64,000 nt of DNA from an uncultured Gemmataceae bacterium (GCA_963750165.1 CAVVPN010000012.1:192001-256000), one strand, 5' to 3'. Counted from the stretch's first letter, positions 18,716 through 30,670 are shown. Notes: generated from the sequence alone by a model not told the origin. Program-made: numbers and translations.

Positions 18716-19506
18716 ATGTTTGACCTGCGCCACGCCACCGGAGTGGAAGTACGCCAGCAGGCCCGCGGCGGTCACCTGGACCGGCCGACGGCTGGCCTGG
18801 CCCTGGGTTTCGTTCAGGCCAACCTGGTCGTGGTGCCGCGCGATCTGGCCTTCGACTTTCTGCTGTTCTGCCAGCGCAACCCGAAACCCTGTCCGCTGTT
18901 AGACGTGACCGAGCCGGGCAGTCCGGAGCCGGGTCTGGTCGCTCCGGGCGCCGACCTGCGCACCGATCTGCCGCGCTACCGTGTTTACCGCCACGGCGAA
19001 CTGGTGGACGAGCCCGCGACGCTGGCGGCGTGGTGGCGCGACGACCTGGTGGGCTTCCTCGTCGGCTGCTCGTTCACATTCGAGCAAGCGCTACTCCAGG
19101 CGGGGCTGCCGGTGCGCCACGTCCAGCAGGGGTGCAATGTGCCGATGTACCGCACCAACGTGGCCTGCCGGCGAGCCGGCGTGTTTCAGGGGCCGCTGGT
19201 GGTGTCGATGCGGCCGCTGACGCCGGCGCAGGCAGTGCGAGCGGTGCAGGTGTGCAGTCGGTTTCCGCGCGCCACGGGGCGCCGGTCCACGTCGGCGACC
19301 CGGCGGCTCTGGGCATCCGCGACCTTGGGCGACCGGACTATGGCGAGGCGGTGGAAGTGCGGCCGGGCGAGGTGCCCGTGTTCTGGGCGTGCGGCGTGAC
19401 ACCGCAGGCGGTGGCGCTGGAGAGCAGGCCGCCGCTGATGCTGACGCACAAGCCGGGCTACATGTTCCTGACCGACCTGCGCGACGCCGACCTGGAAGGC
19501 GAATAA
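18716..19506 (+). CDS. DUF1445 putative hydro-lyase / D-glutamate cyclase family, apparent frameshift at about 19271
   Basis: [38 protein letters not shown]; then [25 protein letters not shown] in the next frame. Confidence 0.9.
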
Positions 19507-19602
19507 TTGCCAATTGCCAATTGCCAATTGCCAATTGCCAATTGAAAGACAGCGGGGTTCCGGTCTTTCAATTGGCAATTGGCAATTGGCAATTGGCAAT
19601 TA
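19504..19602. repeat. inverted heptamer array (AATTGCC)5 ... (GGCAATT)4
   Basis: Read directly; central hairpin GAAAGAC/GTCTTTC. Confidence 0.95.
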
Positions 19603-20125
19603 CGGCCTCCCACAGCCGCGCACACACCGACTGGTTGACAAGGCCGCCGAACAGGCCCTGTTCGCTGGCCTCGTTCTCGAAGCGGTTGCGCGGTCGTGGC
19701 CCCTCCTGGAACAGCGTCACGGAGCCGACCAGCGGCAGATACGCCGGTCCCATTCGCAGCGCCTGCCAGGTGTGGCCGCACTCGTGAGCCAGGATTTCGC
19801 TGGCGCTGGGGCCGTGGTGGACGCCCGCCGCCGCCCGCCGTCGTGCGTCGCGGAGCCGGCCGCCAGCGACTGCGACCGGCCATTGCCGCGACGCTGGCTC
19901 GGCCAGCTGTTCACGCAGAAGTTCGGCCGCGAAGTCCCAGCCGACGGCGATCACCTCCGCGGCCCAGGCGGTGCAGGTGCCGCGCAGCAGCGGCCAGCGA
20001 CCGTCAAAGTTGCGGTGCCGCGAGGCGTACACGCTGATGATGCGCCAGTGGCGCTCGCGCCGCCCCTTGCCGTAGACGCGAAAGCACGGGGCGCCGCCGA
20101 GCCAGTGGAAGAAGTCGCTGAGCAT
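19568..20125 (-). CDS. hypothetical HExxH metallopeptidase-like protein
   Basis: ILAHECGHTWQ and NRFENEA motifs; the last residues are encoded by the heptamer array. Confidence 0.6.
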   Translation of the reverse strand: MLSDFFHWLGGAPCFRVYGKGRRERHWRIISVYASRHRNFDGRWPLLRGTCTAWAAEVIAVGWDFAAELLREQLAEPASRQWPVAVAGGRLRDARRRAAAGVHHGPSASEILAHECGHTWQALRMGPAYLPLVGSVTLFQEGPRPRNRFENEASEQGLFGGLVNQSVCARLWEAVIANCQLPIAN

Positions 20126-20184
20126 GTCCGTGGTCCGTGGTCCGTCGTCAGTCGCCCTTTGCCACGGACCACGGACCACGGACA
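20125..20184. repeat. inverted heptamer array (GTCCGTG)n ... (CACGGAC)n
   Basis: TGTCCGTGGTCCGTGGTCCGT / ACGGACCACGGACCACGGACA. Confidence 0.9.
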
Positions 20185-20307
20185 AATATAAAAACTTTGT
20201 AACAGCTACAAACGTCTGTTTGACTGGGCGAAAAGGAGCCCGTATACTCAGGAAGATTTGACACCCGTTAATCCAGGGATGGTACTTTGTTCACGGGGAG
20301 GTCTGCC

Positions 20308-21975
20308 TTGAACTCCAGGCGCATCGTTCGGCACCACGTATTTGTTATCCTGGCGGGAGCCTGCCTGGCCGTGCTGGTGCCAGCGGCTCCGGCTCAGGAG
20401 AAGGTCAAGAACCTCCGCAGCCGTGCTGAATTGTTCGAGCGTCAGGGCGACTGGGACAAGGCCTGCGACGTTTACGAGGAACTGCTCCGCGGCAACCGCA
20501 ACGCCCCCGACCTGCGCGAACGCTACCGCGCCTGCCTGCGCCACCTCTTCCAGGCCCGGCGGCAACTCGACCCCACCTACCGCAAGGAAGTCCTCAACCT
20601 CAAGTATTCCCAGGCCCTGGAACTGTACCGGATCGTCCTGTTCAACCTTAACGCCTACGCCCTGGACCGGAACCGGGCGACGCCGGAACGGCTGTTCCAC
20701 AAGGGCCTTGAAGAATTCCGCAACGCCCTGGCCGATCCGGTGTTCCGCCGCGAACACCTGAACGGCGTGAAGCCCGAGGACGTGCGCGACTTCCGCGACC
20801 AGTTGAACCTGGAAACGCTCCTCCAGGAGAACGGCGGCAAACCGCTGACGACCCTCCAGGACTCCCGCGACCTGCTGCGCGTGGTGGCCATCAAGGCCCT
20901 CAAGAAGTTGCGCCTGAGCGCGACCCTCACGGTGATGGAGTTCACCTGCGGCGCCTGCCACGCCATCGACGACTACACCATGTATCTGACCCCCGGCCAG
21001 TTGCGCGACCTGACCAGCGCCCTGAAGGGGGAGGTGGTTGGCATCGGCGTGCGTCTGGGCCGGCAGGGCGACAAGTTAATGATCCTCGACGTGATCGACG
21101 GCGGCCCGGCCGCCGACGCGGACACGCAGGTGTTCAAGGGCGAGTTCGTCCTGAGCATCGACCGCAAGGCGGTCGCCGAGCTGGCCCCCGAGCTGGCCGC
21201 CGAACTGCTGGAGGGCGAGATCGGCACGACGGTCGAACTGGTGCTGGTGACGCCCGGCATGGGCCCGCGCACCGTGACGCTGCGGCGGCGGGCGTTGTTC
21301 GTGCCCAGCGTCAGCTACAAATGGGCCAGCGCGACCATCGGCTACGTGCAGATTTCCTGCTTCCAGGAAACGACCTTGCAGGAACTGGATGAGGCGCTCG
21401 CCGCGCTGACCAAGCCGGGCTCGGGAGTCAAGGCCCTGATCCTGGACCTGCGCGGCAACGGCGGCGGCCTGTTCGATGTGGCCATCGAGGTGGCTCGCCG
21501 CTTCCTCCGCAGCGGCACCATCGTCACCCGCCAGACGTTCGACTTCCAGCAAAAAACCTACGACGCCCGGAACCCGACGGCGCTGACGCTGCCGCTGGTC
21601 GTGCTGATCGACGGCGACACCGCCAGCAGCGCTGAGATTCTGGCGGGGGCGCTGAAGGACAACAACAAGCGCGCCCGGCTGGTCGGCCAGACGACGTTCG
21701 GCAAGAGTTGTTTGCAACGGCCCGTGGCGCTGCCGGCGCAAGGCAAACTGAAGATACCGGAGGAGTCGGGCGGCTTCCCGACCGGCGGCCTGCGGCTGAC
21801 GGTGGCCCGCTTCCTGTCGCCGCGCGGCGAGCCGTACACCGACCGCGGTGTCACGCCGCACCTGTTCGCGGAGAAGCGCGTGCTGTCGGAATCCATGATG
21901 CCGCTGGACGACGTTGACGGTCAGTACGACCTGGCCTTGACCGAGGCGCTGCGTTTGATCGACAACCGCCGCTAA
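20308..21975 (+). CDS. S41 carboxyl-terminal processing protease (PDZ + peptidase)
   Basis: GIGV PDZ loop, LILDLRGNGGG, TASSAEILAGAL, GQTTFGK; signal peptide; start codon uncertain. Confidence 0.92.
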   Translation: MNSRRIVRHHVFVILAGACLAVLVPAAPAQEKVKNLRSRAELFERQGDWDKACDVYEELLRGNRNAPDLRERYRACLRHLFQARRQLDPTYRKEVLNLKYSQALELYRIVLFNLNAYALDRNRATPERLFHKGLEEFRNALADPVFRREHLNGVKPEDVRDFRDQLNLETLLQENGGKPLTTLQDSRDLLRVVAIKALKKLRLSATLTVMEFTCGACHAIDDYTMYLTPGQLRDLTSALKGEVVGIGVRLGRQGDKLMILDVIDGGPAADADTQVFKGEFVLSIDRKAVAELAPELAAELLEGEIGTTVELVLVTPGMGPRTVTLRRRALFVPSVSYKWASATIGYVQISCFQETTLQELDEALAALTKPGSGVKALILDLRGNGGGLFDVAIEVARRFLRSGTIVTRQTFDFQQKTYDARNPTALTLPLVVLIDGDTASSAEILAGALKDNNKRARLVGQTTFGKSCLQRPVALPAQGKLKIPEESGGFPTGGLRLTVARFLSPRGEPYTDRGVTPHLFAEKRVLSESMMPLDDVDGQYDLALTEALRLIDNRR

Positions 21976-21993
21976 GACCCGTTTCAACACCGC

Positions 21994-22045
21994 ACCGAGC
22001 CCGCAGCGCGAGCAAGAGAACCCTTGCACGCGCTGCGGGCTCGGT
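21994..22045. repeat. REP-like palindrome
   Basis: ACCGAGCCCGCAGCGCGAGCAAG / CTTGCACGCGCTGCGGGCTCGGT. Confidence 0.8.
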
Positions 22046-22274
22046 TGGTTTCTGCGCCGCTCTGACCCTGTTCCCCCTGCCACAACGGGATGCCCCAACG
22101 GCGTCCCGGAAGCGTCCCGCCAGTTTTTTCATTTTTTTCAAAAAGTCGTGTCCGGATTTTCGCGGCGATTGCGATAGGGGGTATGGGTAGGCAGCCGGCC
22201 CCGGACGGCCGGCAGCGCGATGACGCGAAAGGGCCTACCGTGATGGACACCTGTGGACTGAGAGTGAGGCAGAC

Positions 22275-22595
22275 ATGACCCCCTATCCGTTCGAGGACAA
22301 CCGGCTGTATCACGCTTTCCGGATGCCGCGGAGAACTGTGCAAGCCGTTCTGGACGCCGCCGACCACGACGACAACCTGATCGCCAATACGCTGAACGTT
22401 TCGGAGAAGGGCGCCTGTGTGGTGCTGACCTCCGAGGTGCCTGCGGGCCGCACGGTTCGGCTGGTGGTGGACGACCGGAACCAACCGCGGCAGTTCTGCC
22501 TGCCGGGCGTGGTCGCCTGGTGCGAGCGGGTGGGCGCGCAGTGGGTGGCCTCGGTACGCTTCGACGACCACCCGGGCTTCGCCTCGTCCAACTGA
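22275..22595 (+). CDS. PilZ domain protein
   Basis: RxxxR followed by NVSEKG (N/DxSxxG); G.V.W...G; about 106 aa. Confidence 0.7.
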   Translation: MTPYPFEDNRLYHAFRMPRRTVQAVLDAADHDDNLIANTLNVSEKGACVVLTSEVPAGRTVRLVVDDRNQPRQFCLPGVVAWCERVGAQWVASVRFDDHPGFASSN

Positions 22596-22630
22596 CGGGC
22601 GTGCGTCTTACCTACCACTCGCCGCCCCGT

Positions 22631-24331
22631 TTAAGAAATGATGTGCCGCCGCCGCTTGATGTAGTCCCAGACGATGTAGCGGTCGAGGTCGCGACCGCCA
22701 GGGAAGAAGACCCGGCCGCGCGTCGATTCCGCCAGCCGGTACGCGAAGCGCACATCCTCTTCGCTCTGGCTCCAACTTGGCAGCAGAAAGATGTTGATGG
22801 TGATGCCCGCGCGAGCGCACAGCTTGCCCTCGCGCAGCGTCGCTTCTTCGGTGCTGTGCTGCGGCGGATATAGCAGGTGCAGAATCTTGCCCTCGAAGTG
22901 CGCCGTCGGCAGGCCGTCGGTGATGAGCATGATCTGCCGGTTCGGCGTGTCCTGCACTGACAGGAATTTGCGGCCCATTTGCAGCGCGTGCTGGATGTTG
23001 GTGAAGTGCGGCGGCACCAGCACCTCGCTGGTGCGCGGGTCGCTCATGTCCACCTTCAGCGCCACGACCGGGCTGTGGATGGTGACCGGCTTCGGCATCA
23101 GCGCCGCCACCTCGGACAGCCGCCGCGGTTTGGCGAAGGTGTACATCTCAATGAACTGCAGGAAGTCGCCGGGGTATTCGGTGCGGATCAGGCCGTCGAG
23201 CGCCAAACCCATGCGCTTGACGTTGACGTACTGGCCGTCGTAGCGCATCGAGCCGGACATGTCGAGCAGCACCGCCGTCGCACATTTGGGGTTGTTGCGC
23301 GTCTTGTGAATCTCGATGTCCTCGGGCTTGAGCTGGATCGGCAGGCCGGGGCCGTTGCGCAGCATGGCGTTGGTCATCGACGCGGGGATGTCCATGTGCG
23401 TCACGGAGTCGCCGAACTCATAGGGCTTGGTCTGCTGCATCTCCGTGGCGCCCTCGCCGACGATCGGCCCCTGGTGCCGGCCGGTGCGTGACGCCTGCAA
23501 CTCGTCGAAGATGTGCGACAGCAGTTTCGACTGAAAGAGCCGGTACGCCTTCGGCGACAGCTGGAAGCCCTGTTTGCCCTGCTCCAGCCCTTGCCGCTCC
23601 GCCTGCTCGCGCAGATAATCCTCGATCTGCTGCTGCAGCGCCTGCAACTTTTCCAGGTCGCCGGGGTCCGCGAACTGGGCCAGTTCCTCCAGGTCAATGA
23701 TGCCGATCTGCGCGTTCTGCTTGGCCTCCTCCATCTGCTTGAGCAACTTGTCGATCAGCTCCAACTCCGCCTTGATTTCGAGCGCTTCCGGCACGCTCAT
23801 CGGCGTGCGGCCGGTGAACTCGTACTTCGACGCCAATTCATCAACCTGATACTTCTCGCCGAGGCGCTCGACCAGGTGCAGCAGCTGACGGGCGAATTTA
23901 TCCGTCTCGTTGCCGGCGCGATACCAGAGTTGTTCCAGCTCGTTCAGCTGTTCTTCGCGCACGGCCTTGTCGAAGCGCTTCGCCAGATTGCCCGGCGGCC
24001 GCATGCCCTGGGCCTGGTTCAAAAAATTCTGCCGCGCTTCGGATTCCGCCTTGCCGGTCTCGTAGGTCTCCAAAATCTTGCGCTTGCGTTCGCGCAGGAT
24101 GTCCATGAGCGCTTCGAGGCTCGGCCCCAGGTTGGCGATCTGGCTGGGGTCGATATGGACGGAGTTGGCCAGTTCCTCGGGTGTCAGCTGGCGCGTGTTG
24201 CCGTAGAACAGCAGATGCTCGAACGCCGGCGAGACGAGGTCCGGCGGCGGCGCCGTCGGACTCGGCAGGTTCACCGGGTCGTACTTTTGATAGGTGTGGA
24301 TGATGCCGCCCAGCTGCTCTTTACTGCTCAT
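22631..24331 (-). CDS. VWA domain protein (partner of the AAA+ ATPase)
   Basis: MIDAS LLDMSGSM, TNIQHAL, LITDGLPTAH; YEFGD. Confidence 0.9.
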   Translation of the reverse strand: MSSKEQLGGIIHTYQKYDPVNLPSPTAPPPDLVSPAFEHLLFYGNTRQLTPEELANSVHIDPSQIANLGPSLEALMDILRERKRKILETYETGKAESEARQNFLNQAQGMRPPGNLAKRFDKAVREEQLNELEQLWYRAGNETDKFARQLLHLVERLGEKYQVDELASKYEFTGRTPMSVPEALEIKAELELIDKLLKQMEEAKQNAQIGIIDLEELAQFADPGDLEKLQALQQQIEDYLREQAERQGLEQGKQGFQLSPKAYRLFQSKLLSHIFDELQASRTGRHQGPIVGEGATEMQQTKPYEFGDSVTHMDIPASMTNAMLRNGPGLPIQLKPEDIEIHKTRNNPKCATAVLLDMSGSMRYDGQYVNVKRMGLALDGLIRTEYPGDFLQFIEMYTFAKPRRLSEVAALMPKPVTIHSPVVALKVDMSDPRTSEVLVPPHFTNIQHALQMGRKFLSVQDTPNRQIMLITDGLPTAHFEGKILHLLYPPQHSTEEATLREGKLCARAGITINIFLLPSWSQSEEDVRFAYRLAESTRGRVFFPGGRDLDRYIVWDYIKRRRHIIS

Positions 24332-25455
24332 CGCTGTCCCTTCACGTCGTCAACCAAGTGGTTGTTGATACCCAGCCTGGTCTGTTGCAGGTTTTGCGCG
24401 GCCTGTAGGGCCGTGACCGCATCGGGTGTGATCTCCCCATCCAACAACAGGTCGCGCAAGTTGCGCGTCCATTTCGATCGGGCGAACGCCAGCGCCCCCA
24501 CGTCGGTCAATCGGTTGCCACGAAAATCCAACACCTCGAATTTCACCAGGCCGCGCCACGCCGCTATGACCGCCGCCCCAGGGTCGGTGATGCCGTTGTA
24601 ACCTACTTTGAGGCCTTTCAGTCGCATCAAATGCTTCGAGCCGAGCAACAACCTCAGCCCATCGTCGCCGAGTTGGTTCGATGTCAGGTCTAGGTCGGTG
24701 ACACCGCTCAGGTTCGGGGAAGCCGCCAGGGCTCGAGCCCCGACGGGGCCGATGGTGTCGTGTGTTAGTCCCAGTTCCCCCAACCGTCGCAGGAACGGCG
24801 AGCCGGCAACCGCCTCAACGCCCGCGTCGTCAATACCGGCCTGCAGAAGGGAGAGATGCGTTAGGTTGGCCAGGTGCGGTGATTCGGCCAGCGCCTTCGC
24901 ACCCACGGGGCCGACGCCCTGTTCCAGGATGAGGACGTTTAGGGCGGATAGGGATCGGCACCGCGCTAACTCCAACGCGCCTTCTTCGCCCGGCTTCCGA
25001 AGGTGCATGAATCTGATGCCGGCCAAGTGCGGGCAGGCGAATAACTCTCTGGCCCGCTTCCCGAGAAGTTTCAAGCTGACTGACTCAATCGGCTCCAAAC
25101 TCCGAAGCACTTCCGCAGCGGTCAAAAATTGTGAAGCCGAACAAGAGACATCAGCGACAAACCCCCGTTGCCAACCCCAGTACATTTGCTCGTACCCGGG
25201 AATCGCCTTCAGCCAATGCCTTTGGAATTTTCTAATTAACCTCAATTCACGCGGCACCCACTCCCGTTGCCGCAGGTCGTCGCCGGGCGTACGAGCACTT
25301 TGAATCTGGATGCGGATGAATTCGGCGCGGGCCGCCACCGCCGCCCCACCTTGCTTTTCCAGCCAATCGGCGTAGGCCAGGCGCGGCGCGTCGTCGTCCG
25401 GGCTTTCCAGCACAGCCCGGAGCAATACTTCGCCTTGGTCCTTCGCCGACGGCAT
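24328..25455 (-). CDS. TIGR02996 repeat-companion domain + leucine-rich repeats
   Basis: LLRAVLESPDDDAPRLAYADWLE...RAEFIRIQ; RGFV; L..L.L..N.I...G...LA repeats. Confidence 0.92.
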   Translation of the reverse strand: MPSAKDQGEVLLRAVLESPDDDAPRLAYADWLEKQGGAAVAARAEFIRIQIQSARTPGDDLRQREWVPRELRLIRKFQRHWLKAIPGYEQMYWGWQRGFVADVSCSASQFLTAAEVLRSLEPIESVSLKLLGKRARELFACPHLAGIRFMHLRKPGEEGALELARCRSLSALNVLILEQGVGPVGAKALAESPHLANLTHLSLLQAGIDDAGVEAVAGSPFLRRLGELGLTHDTIGPVGARALAASPNLSGVTDLDLTSNQLGDDGLRLLLGSKHLMRLKGLKVGYNGITDPGAAVIAAWRGLVKFEVLDFRGNRLTDVGALAFARSKWTRNLRDLLLDGEITPDAVTALQAAQNLQQTRLGINNHLVDDVKGQR

Positions 25456-25458
25456 GGC

Positions 25459-26114
25459 TCAACTTTTCTCCCAATAGTCACTGTCGGGGCCGGGTGGGGC
25501 AGTCTGGATCATCCACCAGAGTTCGTGATACTTGTCCCGCACACTCGGATGCAACTGCAAGGCGAAATCCTCCGCCAGATGCAGGTGCTTAATCATTTCC
25601 TGAACGTTTGCCAGATCCCACAACCTCACCCACTTCGACATGCTCGTCGCCAGGTAAAGTTCGACCAGGCCAGACCGGGTTAGAAAGCGCATCCCTTCCA
25701 ACGTGACCGTGGCGCCGTCGGGGTCCGGGTAGGCGATCGGTTTCAGCTGGCCGTCCCCGGGATATTCGCCGGACACTCGGAGGTCGATCCGCACTCCCGA
25801 TACGGCGTCCCGCAGATGCCGGCTGCCTTCAGCCAGCAAGACACATCCCAGACATTCCAGCTGCCGGTGGATCGCTTGCAGCCCCTCCTGGGTCACCAGC
25901 ATTTCCACCACCTCCGTGAACTTCCGATAGCCGTGGAAGAACAGCGCCAGGTCGCCGATGACGGCGTATGGGATCTTCAACTCCCCGAGGCGGCGCGTCA
26001 CGCGCTCCAGGGTTTTCTGCACCTCACTGTTTCTCTCGAAGTGCATGCTGCCTTGCATAAACCCCCAGCGCAGGTCTTCCTGCAGCCGCTGTTCATAGGC
26101 GATCACGGTCATAC

Positions 26115-26118
<4 letters not shown>
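25459..26118 (-). CDS. nucleotidyltransferase-fold protein with degenerate catalytic motifs
   Basis: [27 protein letters not shown] versus the usual GG.A...HG..R.T.D.D; G.YPGDG..KP..YPDP. Confidence 0.7.
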
Positions 26119-27534
<1,416 letters not shown>

Positions 27535-27665
27535 TAGCCGGGGATCTCCTCAAGGTGGAAGCGCTCGTTGCGTGCCCGTCGCCCCGTGGAGAGGTGTCGG
27601 CGGGTGCGCAATGGTATTCTAGGAGATCGGGGCGGCAGGAATCCACCGGGGCCGCTGGTTCTGCA

Positions 27666-27726
27666 GTCGGAGCCCGAGCGCCAGCGCGGGGCTGGCGCTG
27701 CCCCGCGCTGGCGCTCGGGCTCCGAC
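27666..27726. repeat. REP-like palindrome, second copy of the 3989 family
   Basis: GTCGGAGCCCGAGCGCCAGCGCGGGG / CCCCGCGCTGGCGCTCGGGCTCCGAC. Confidence 0.9.
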
Positions 27727-27739
27727 CTACCCCCGCGGC

Positions 27740-28213
27740 TCACTCGAAGGAAATCTCCAGAATCTCGAAGCGCAACTTGCCCATCGGCGCCTGGACCTCG
27801 GCGACCTCGCCGCACTTCTTGCCGAGCAGGCCCTGGCCCATCGGGCTGGTAGTGAGGATTTTGTTATTGTCGTAATCCTCCTCGCCTGGGCCGACCAGCT
27901 CGAAGACCTCCTCATCCCCAGCTTCAAGGTCCTTGACCTTGACGCGCGCCCCGAACACGACGATGTCGGTGGGCAGGGTGCTGCGGTCGATGAAGTAGGC
28001 CCGGCCGAGTTCGTCGCGCAGCACATCAATGCGGGCTTGCAAGATGCCCTGGTCCTCGCGCGCGGCGTGGTACTCCGCGTTCTCGCTCAGGTCACCCAGC
28101 TCGCGCGCGGCGGCGATGCGCTTCGTCACCTCCGGCATCTCGACGTTCTGCATGTGGTCGAGTTTGGCCTTGCGCTTCTCGTAGCCTTCCCGCGTCATCG
28201 GGATGCGGTCCAT
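27740..28213 (-). CDS. greA: transcription elongation factor GreA
   Basis: [32 protein letters not shown]. Confidence 0.96.
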   Translation of the reverse strand: MDRIPMTREGYEKRKAKLDHMQNVEMPEVTKRIAAARELGDLSENAEYHAAREDQGILQARIDVLRDELGRAYFIDRSTLPTDIVVFGARVKVKDLEAGDEEVFELVGPGEEDYDNNKILTTSPMGQGLLGKKCGEVAEVQAPMGKLRFEILEISFE

Positions 28214-28387
28214 GTCCAGAATCCTCGAACTGCGAAACTCACGGAAACGAAACACCGCCTCTACCTATCAAGGGGAGACGGTGTCGAGCACCAGCCGTGA
28301 TTGGCGGAACCCAGGAACGATCCTGCTTCCTGTCACCCCCATCTTGGCGGTCTACCCGACAGTTGTAAAGAGCGCTTCATGCGATCT

Positions 28388-29596
28388 TCACGCGCCGCCG
28401 GGCGACTCCGACTGCTGACGGGCCGCCAGCCGCGACGGCAGCGTCCACAGCGACGTGAAGCCCTGCGCCCACTGGCTGTCGAACATACCCAGATTGGTCT
28501 GGCTGGCCAGCCGGCCGTCGTACAGGCTGTGTGGACTGCGTCGGCCCAGGACCGTACACGACCCCTTGTACAACTTCAGCCGCACCTCGCCCGTCACGAA
28601 GCGCTGCGTCTGCTCGAAGAAGCTCTGCAGCGCCCGCCGGGCGTCGTGAAACCACAGCCCCATGTACACCAGCTCGGCGTAGCGCCGCCGCAGCCACTCG
28701 CGCAACTGGATCAGCTCGCGGCTGTGGACGAGCGTTTGCAGGTCGCGGTGCGCTGTCAACAGGATGGTCGGCGCCGGCGCCTCGTAAAACTCACGGCTCT
28801 TGATGCCGAACAGCCGATCCTCGACCACATCGCTGCGGCCGACGGCGTGTTCGCCGCCCAGACGGTTCAGCTCGCGCACCAGCGGTAGTGGCTCCAGGGG
28901 CGTACCGTTGAGGCTGCACGGCGTCCCCGCCTCGAAGCCGAGCGTCAACACGGCGGGCGTGTCCGGCGCCTGCTCGGGCGTGCAGGTCAGCGTGAAGGCG
29001 TCGGCGGGCGGCTCCTGCCAGGAATCTTCCAGGTCATTGAGGTACAGGCTGACACCCCAGAGGTTGCGGTCGATGCTGTAATGTCGGCCGGCCGGTTCCT
29101 CGACAGGCAGGCGGCGGCGGCGGGCGTAGTTGAGCTTGTCCTCCAGGGTGGTCAGGTTCCACTGCCGCACCGGCGTGAGCACTTGCAGCCGTGGATCCTG
29201 GGCGGCGATGGCCGTCTCCATGCGCACCTGGTCGTTGCCCTTGCTGGCGGCGCTGTGGGCGACGCTGCCGCAACCCTCTTCGTGGGCGGTGCGGACCAGT
29301 TCACGCGCGATCAGGTAGCGGGCCAGGGCGGAGCCGAGGAAGCAGCTCGATTGATACACGGCGTCGGCCTGTAGCAGCGGGAAGGCGAAGTCGCGCAGGA
29401 ACTCGGCGCGGCCGTCGATGACCTGAGCGGCGGACGCCCCGAGTTCGAGCGCCAGTTCGCCGAGCGGCTCCAGGTAGATTTCCTGGCCAAGGTTGATGGA
29501 CAGCGTCAGCACGTCGTAACCGCGCTCATGCACCAGCCAGTGCAGGGCCAGGCGCGATTCGAGGTCGCCGTTGAACGCCAGGATGGTACGCGGCAC
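28388..29596 (-). CDS. argG: argininosuccinate synthase homolog with a degenerate PP-loop
   Basis: KGNDQVR, YSIDRNLWG, EDRLFGIKSREFYEAP, TGEVRLKLYKG; but AFNGDLES replaces AYSGGLDT. Confidence 0.85.
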   Translation of the reverse strand: MPRTILAFNGDLESRLALHWLVHERGYDVLTLSINLGQEIYLEPLGELALELGASAAQVIDGRAEFLRDFAFPLLQADAVYQSSCFLGSALARYLIARELVRTAHEEGCGSVAHSAASKGNDQVRMETAIAAQDPRLQVLTPVRQWNLTTLEDKLNYARRRRLPVEEPAGRHYSIDRNLWGVSLYLNDLEDSWQEPPADAFTLTCTPEQAPDTPAVLTLGFEAGTPCSLNGTPLEPLPLVRELNRLGGEHAVGRSDVVEDRLFGIKSREFYEAPAPTILLTAHRDLQTLVHSRELIQLREWLRRRYAELVYMGLWFHDARRALQSFFEQTQRFVTGEVRLKLYKGSCTVLGRRSPHSLYDGRLASQTNLGMFDSQWAQGFTSLWTLPSRLAARQQSESPGGA

Positions 29597-29621
29597 ACTC
29601 GCTCCCACGTCGAAGAAAGAG

Positions 29622-29733
29622 GATTCACCACAAAGACACAAAGGAACACAAAGGAAAAACAAGAACAGACAGGGCGAAGTCATCCTTTCCCAGCTGTCTT
29701 CTTTGTGTTTCTTTGTGTCTTTGTGGTGAATTC
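29622..29733. repeat. TCACCAC-family inverted repeat element abutting the HDAC stop codon
   Basis: ATTCACCACAAAGACACAAAG / CTTTGTGTCTTTGTGGTGAAT. Confidence 0.9.
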
Positions 29734-30670
29734 ATTGGCTCAACAGTTCTTCCAGGTGCGTCACCACCGAGTCGCGCAGTGCGTCAAGATTGTAGCCGCC
29801 CTCCAGGCAGCTGACCACACGGCCGCCACAGTGCGCCCGCGCCACGCCGCGCACCACCCGCGTCAGCTCGGCGAAGTCGCCCGCCTCCAGACACAGGCCG
29901 CCGACCGGGTCCAGCACATGGGTATCGAAGCCGGCGCTAAGCAATACTAGCTCCGGTTTGATGTGGCCAGCGGCCGCTTCGACCGCGGCGGTGAACTGCT
30001 CCAGGAACTTGCCGCGGGTGATGCCGTAGCGTACCGGCACGTTGACGGTGCAGCCCAGGCCGGGGCCGGAGCCGGTTTCGTCCGCGGCGCCGCTGCCGGG
30101 GTAGAAGCCGTTGCCGTAGCGGTGAATGCTCAGGAAGAGCACGCGGCCGTCCTCATAGAAAATGTCCTGCGTGCCGTTGCCGTGATGCACGTCCCAATCG
30201 ACGATCAACAGCCGCGTCAGGCCGTGGGCGTCGATGGCGTGCAGCGCCGCCAGGGCGATGTTATTGAACAGGCAGAAGCCCATGCTGTGCATCGGCGTCG
30301 CGTGGTGGCCCGGCGGCCGCACCAGGCATAGGGCCGTCGTGTCGTGACCGCCGAGCACCGCATCGACCGCCGCCACCGCCGCGCCCGCCGCCGCCAACGC
30401 CACGTCCACCGAGCGCGGGCTGACCGGTGTGTCCGCCTCCAGGTGGCCGCCGCCGTGCCGGCACAGGTCCATTGCTGTGCGCAGCACCGTGGGCGTGTGT
30501 GCCCGCAGCACTGCCTCCGGCGCCAGCGGTTGGAACGTGCCCGGCGTGCAGCGCTGGCTGAGCCCCGCGGCGTCAATGCCGGCGTTGATCGCGAGCAGCC
30601 GCTGGGCGTTCTCGGGATGGCGGCCGGTGTCGTGGTCGAGGAACAGGGGATCGCGGTAGAGGAGCGTCAT
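29732..30670 (-). CDS. histone deacetylase family protein
   Basis: HPE..RL, RPPGHHA, MGFCLFNN, DWDVHHGNGTQ, SAGFD.H..DP, LEGGY. Confidence 0.96.
   Translation of the reverse strand: MTLLYRDPLFLDHDTGRHPENAQRLLAINAGIDAAGLSQRCTPGTFQPLAPEAVLRAHTPTVLRTAMDLCRHGGGHLEADTPVSPRSVDVALAAAGAAVAAVDAVLGGHDTTALCLVRPPGHHATPMHSMGFCLFNNIALAALHAIDAHGLTRLLIVDWDVHHGNGTQDIFYEDGRVLFLSIHRYGNGFYPGSGAADETGSGPGLGCTVNVPVRYGITRGKFLEQFTAAVEAAAGHIKPELVLLSAGFDTHVLDPVGGLCLEAGDFAELTRVVRGVARAHCGGRVVSCLEGGYNLDALRDSVVTHLEELLSQ

Noticed and set aside
28260..28380. SRP-RNA-like AGGAAGCAG upstream of greA
   Set aside because: It lacks the conserved SRP helix with GNRA tetraloop and a long closing stem.
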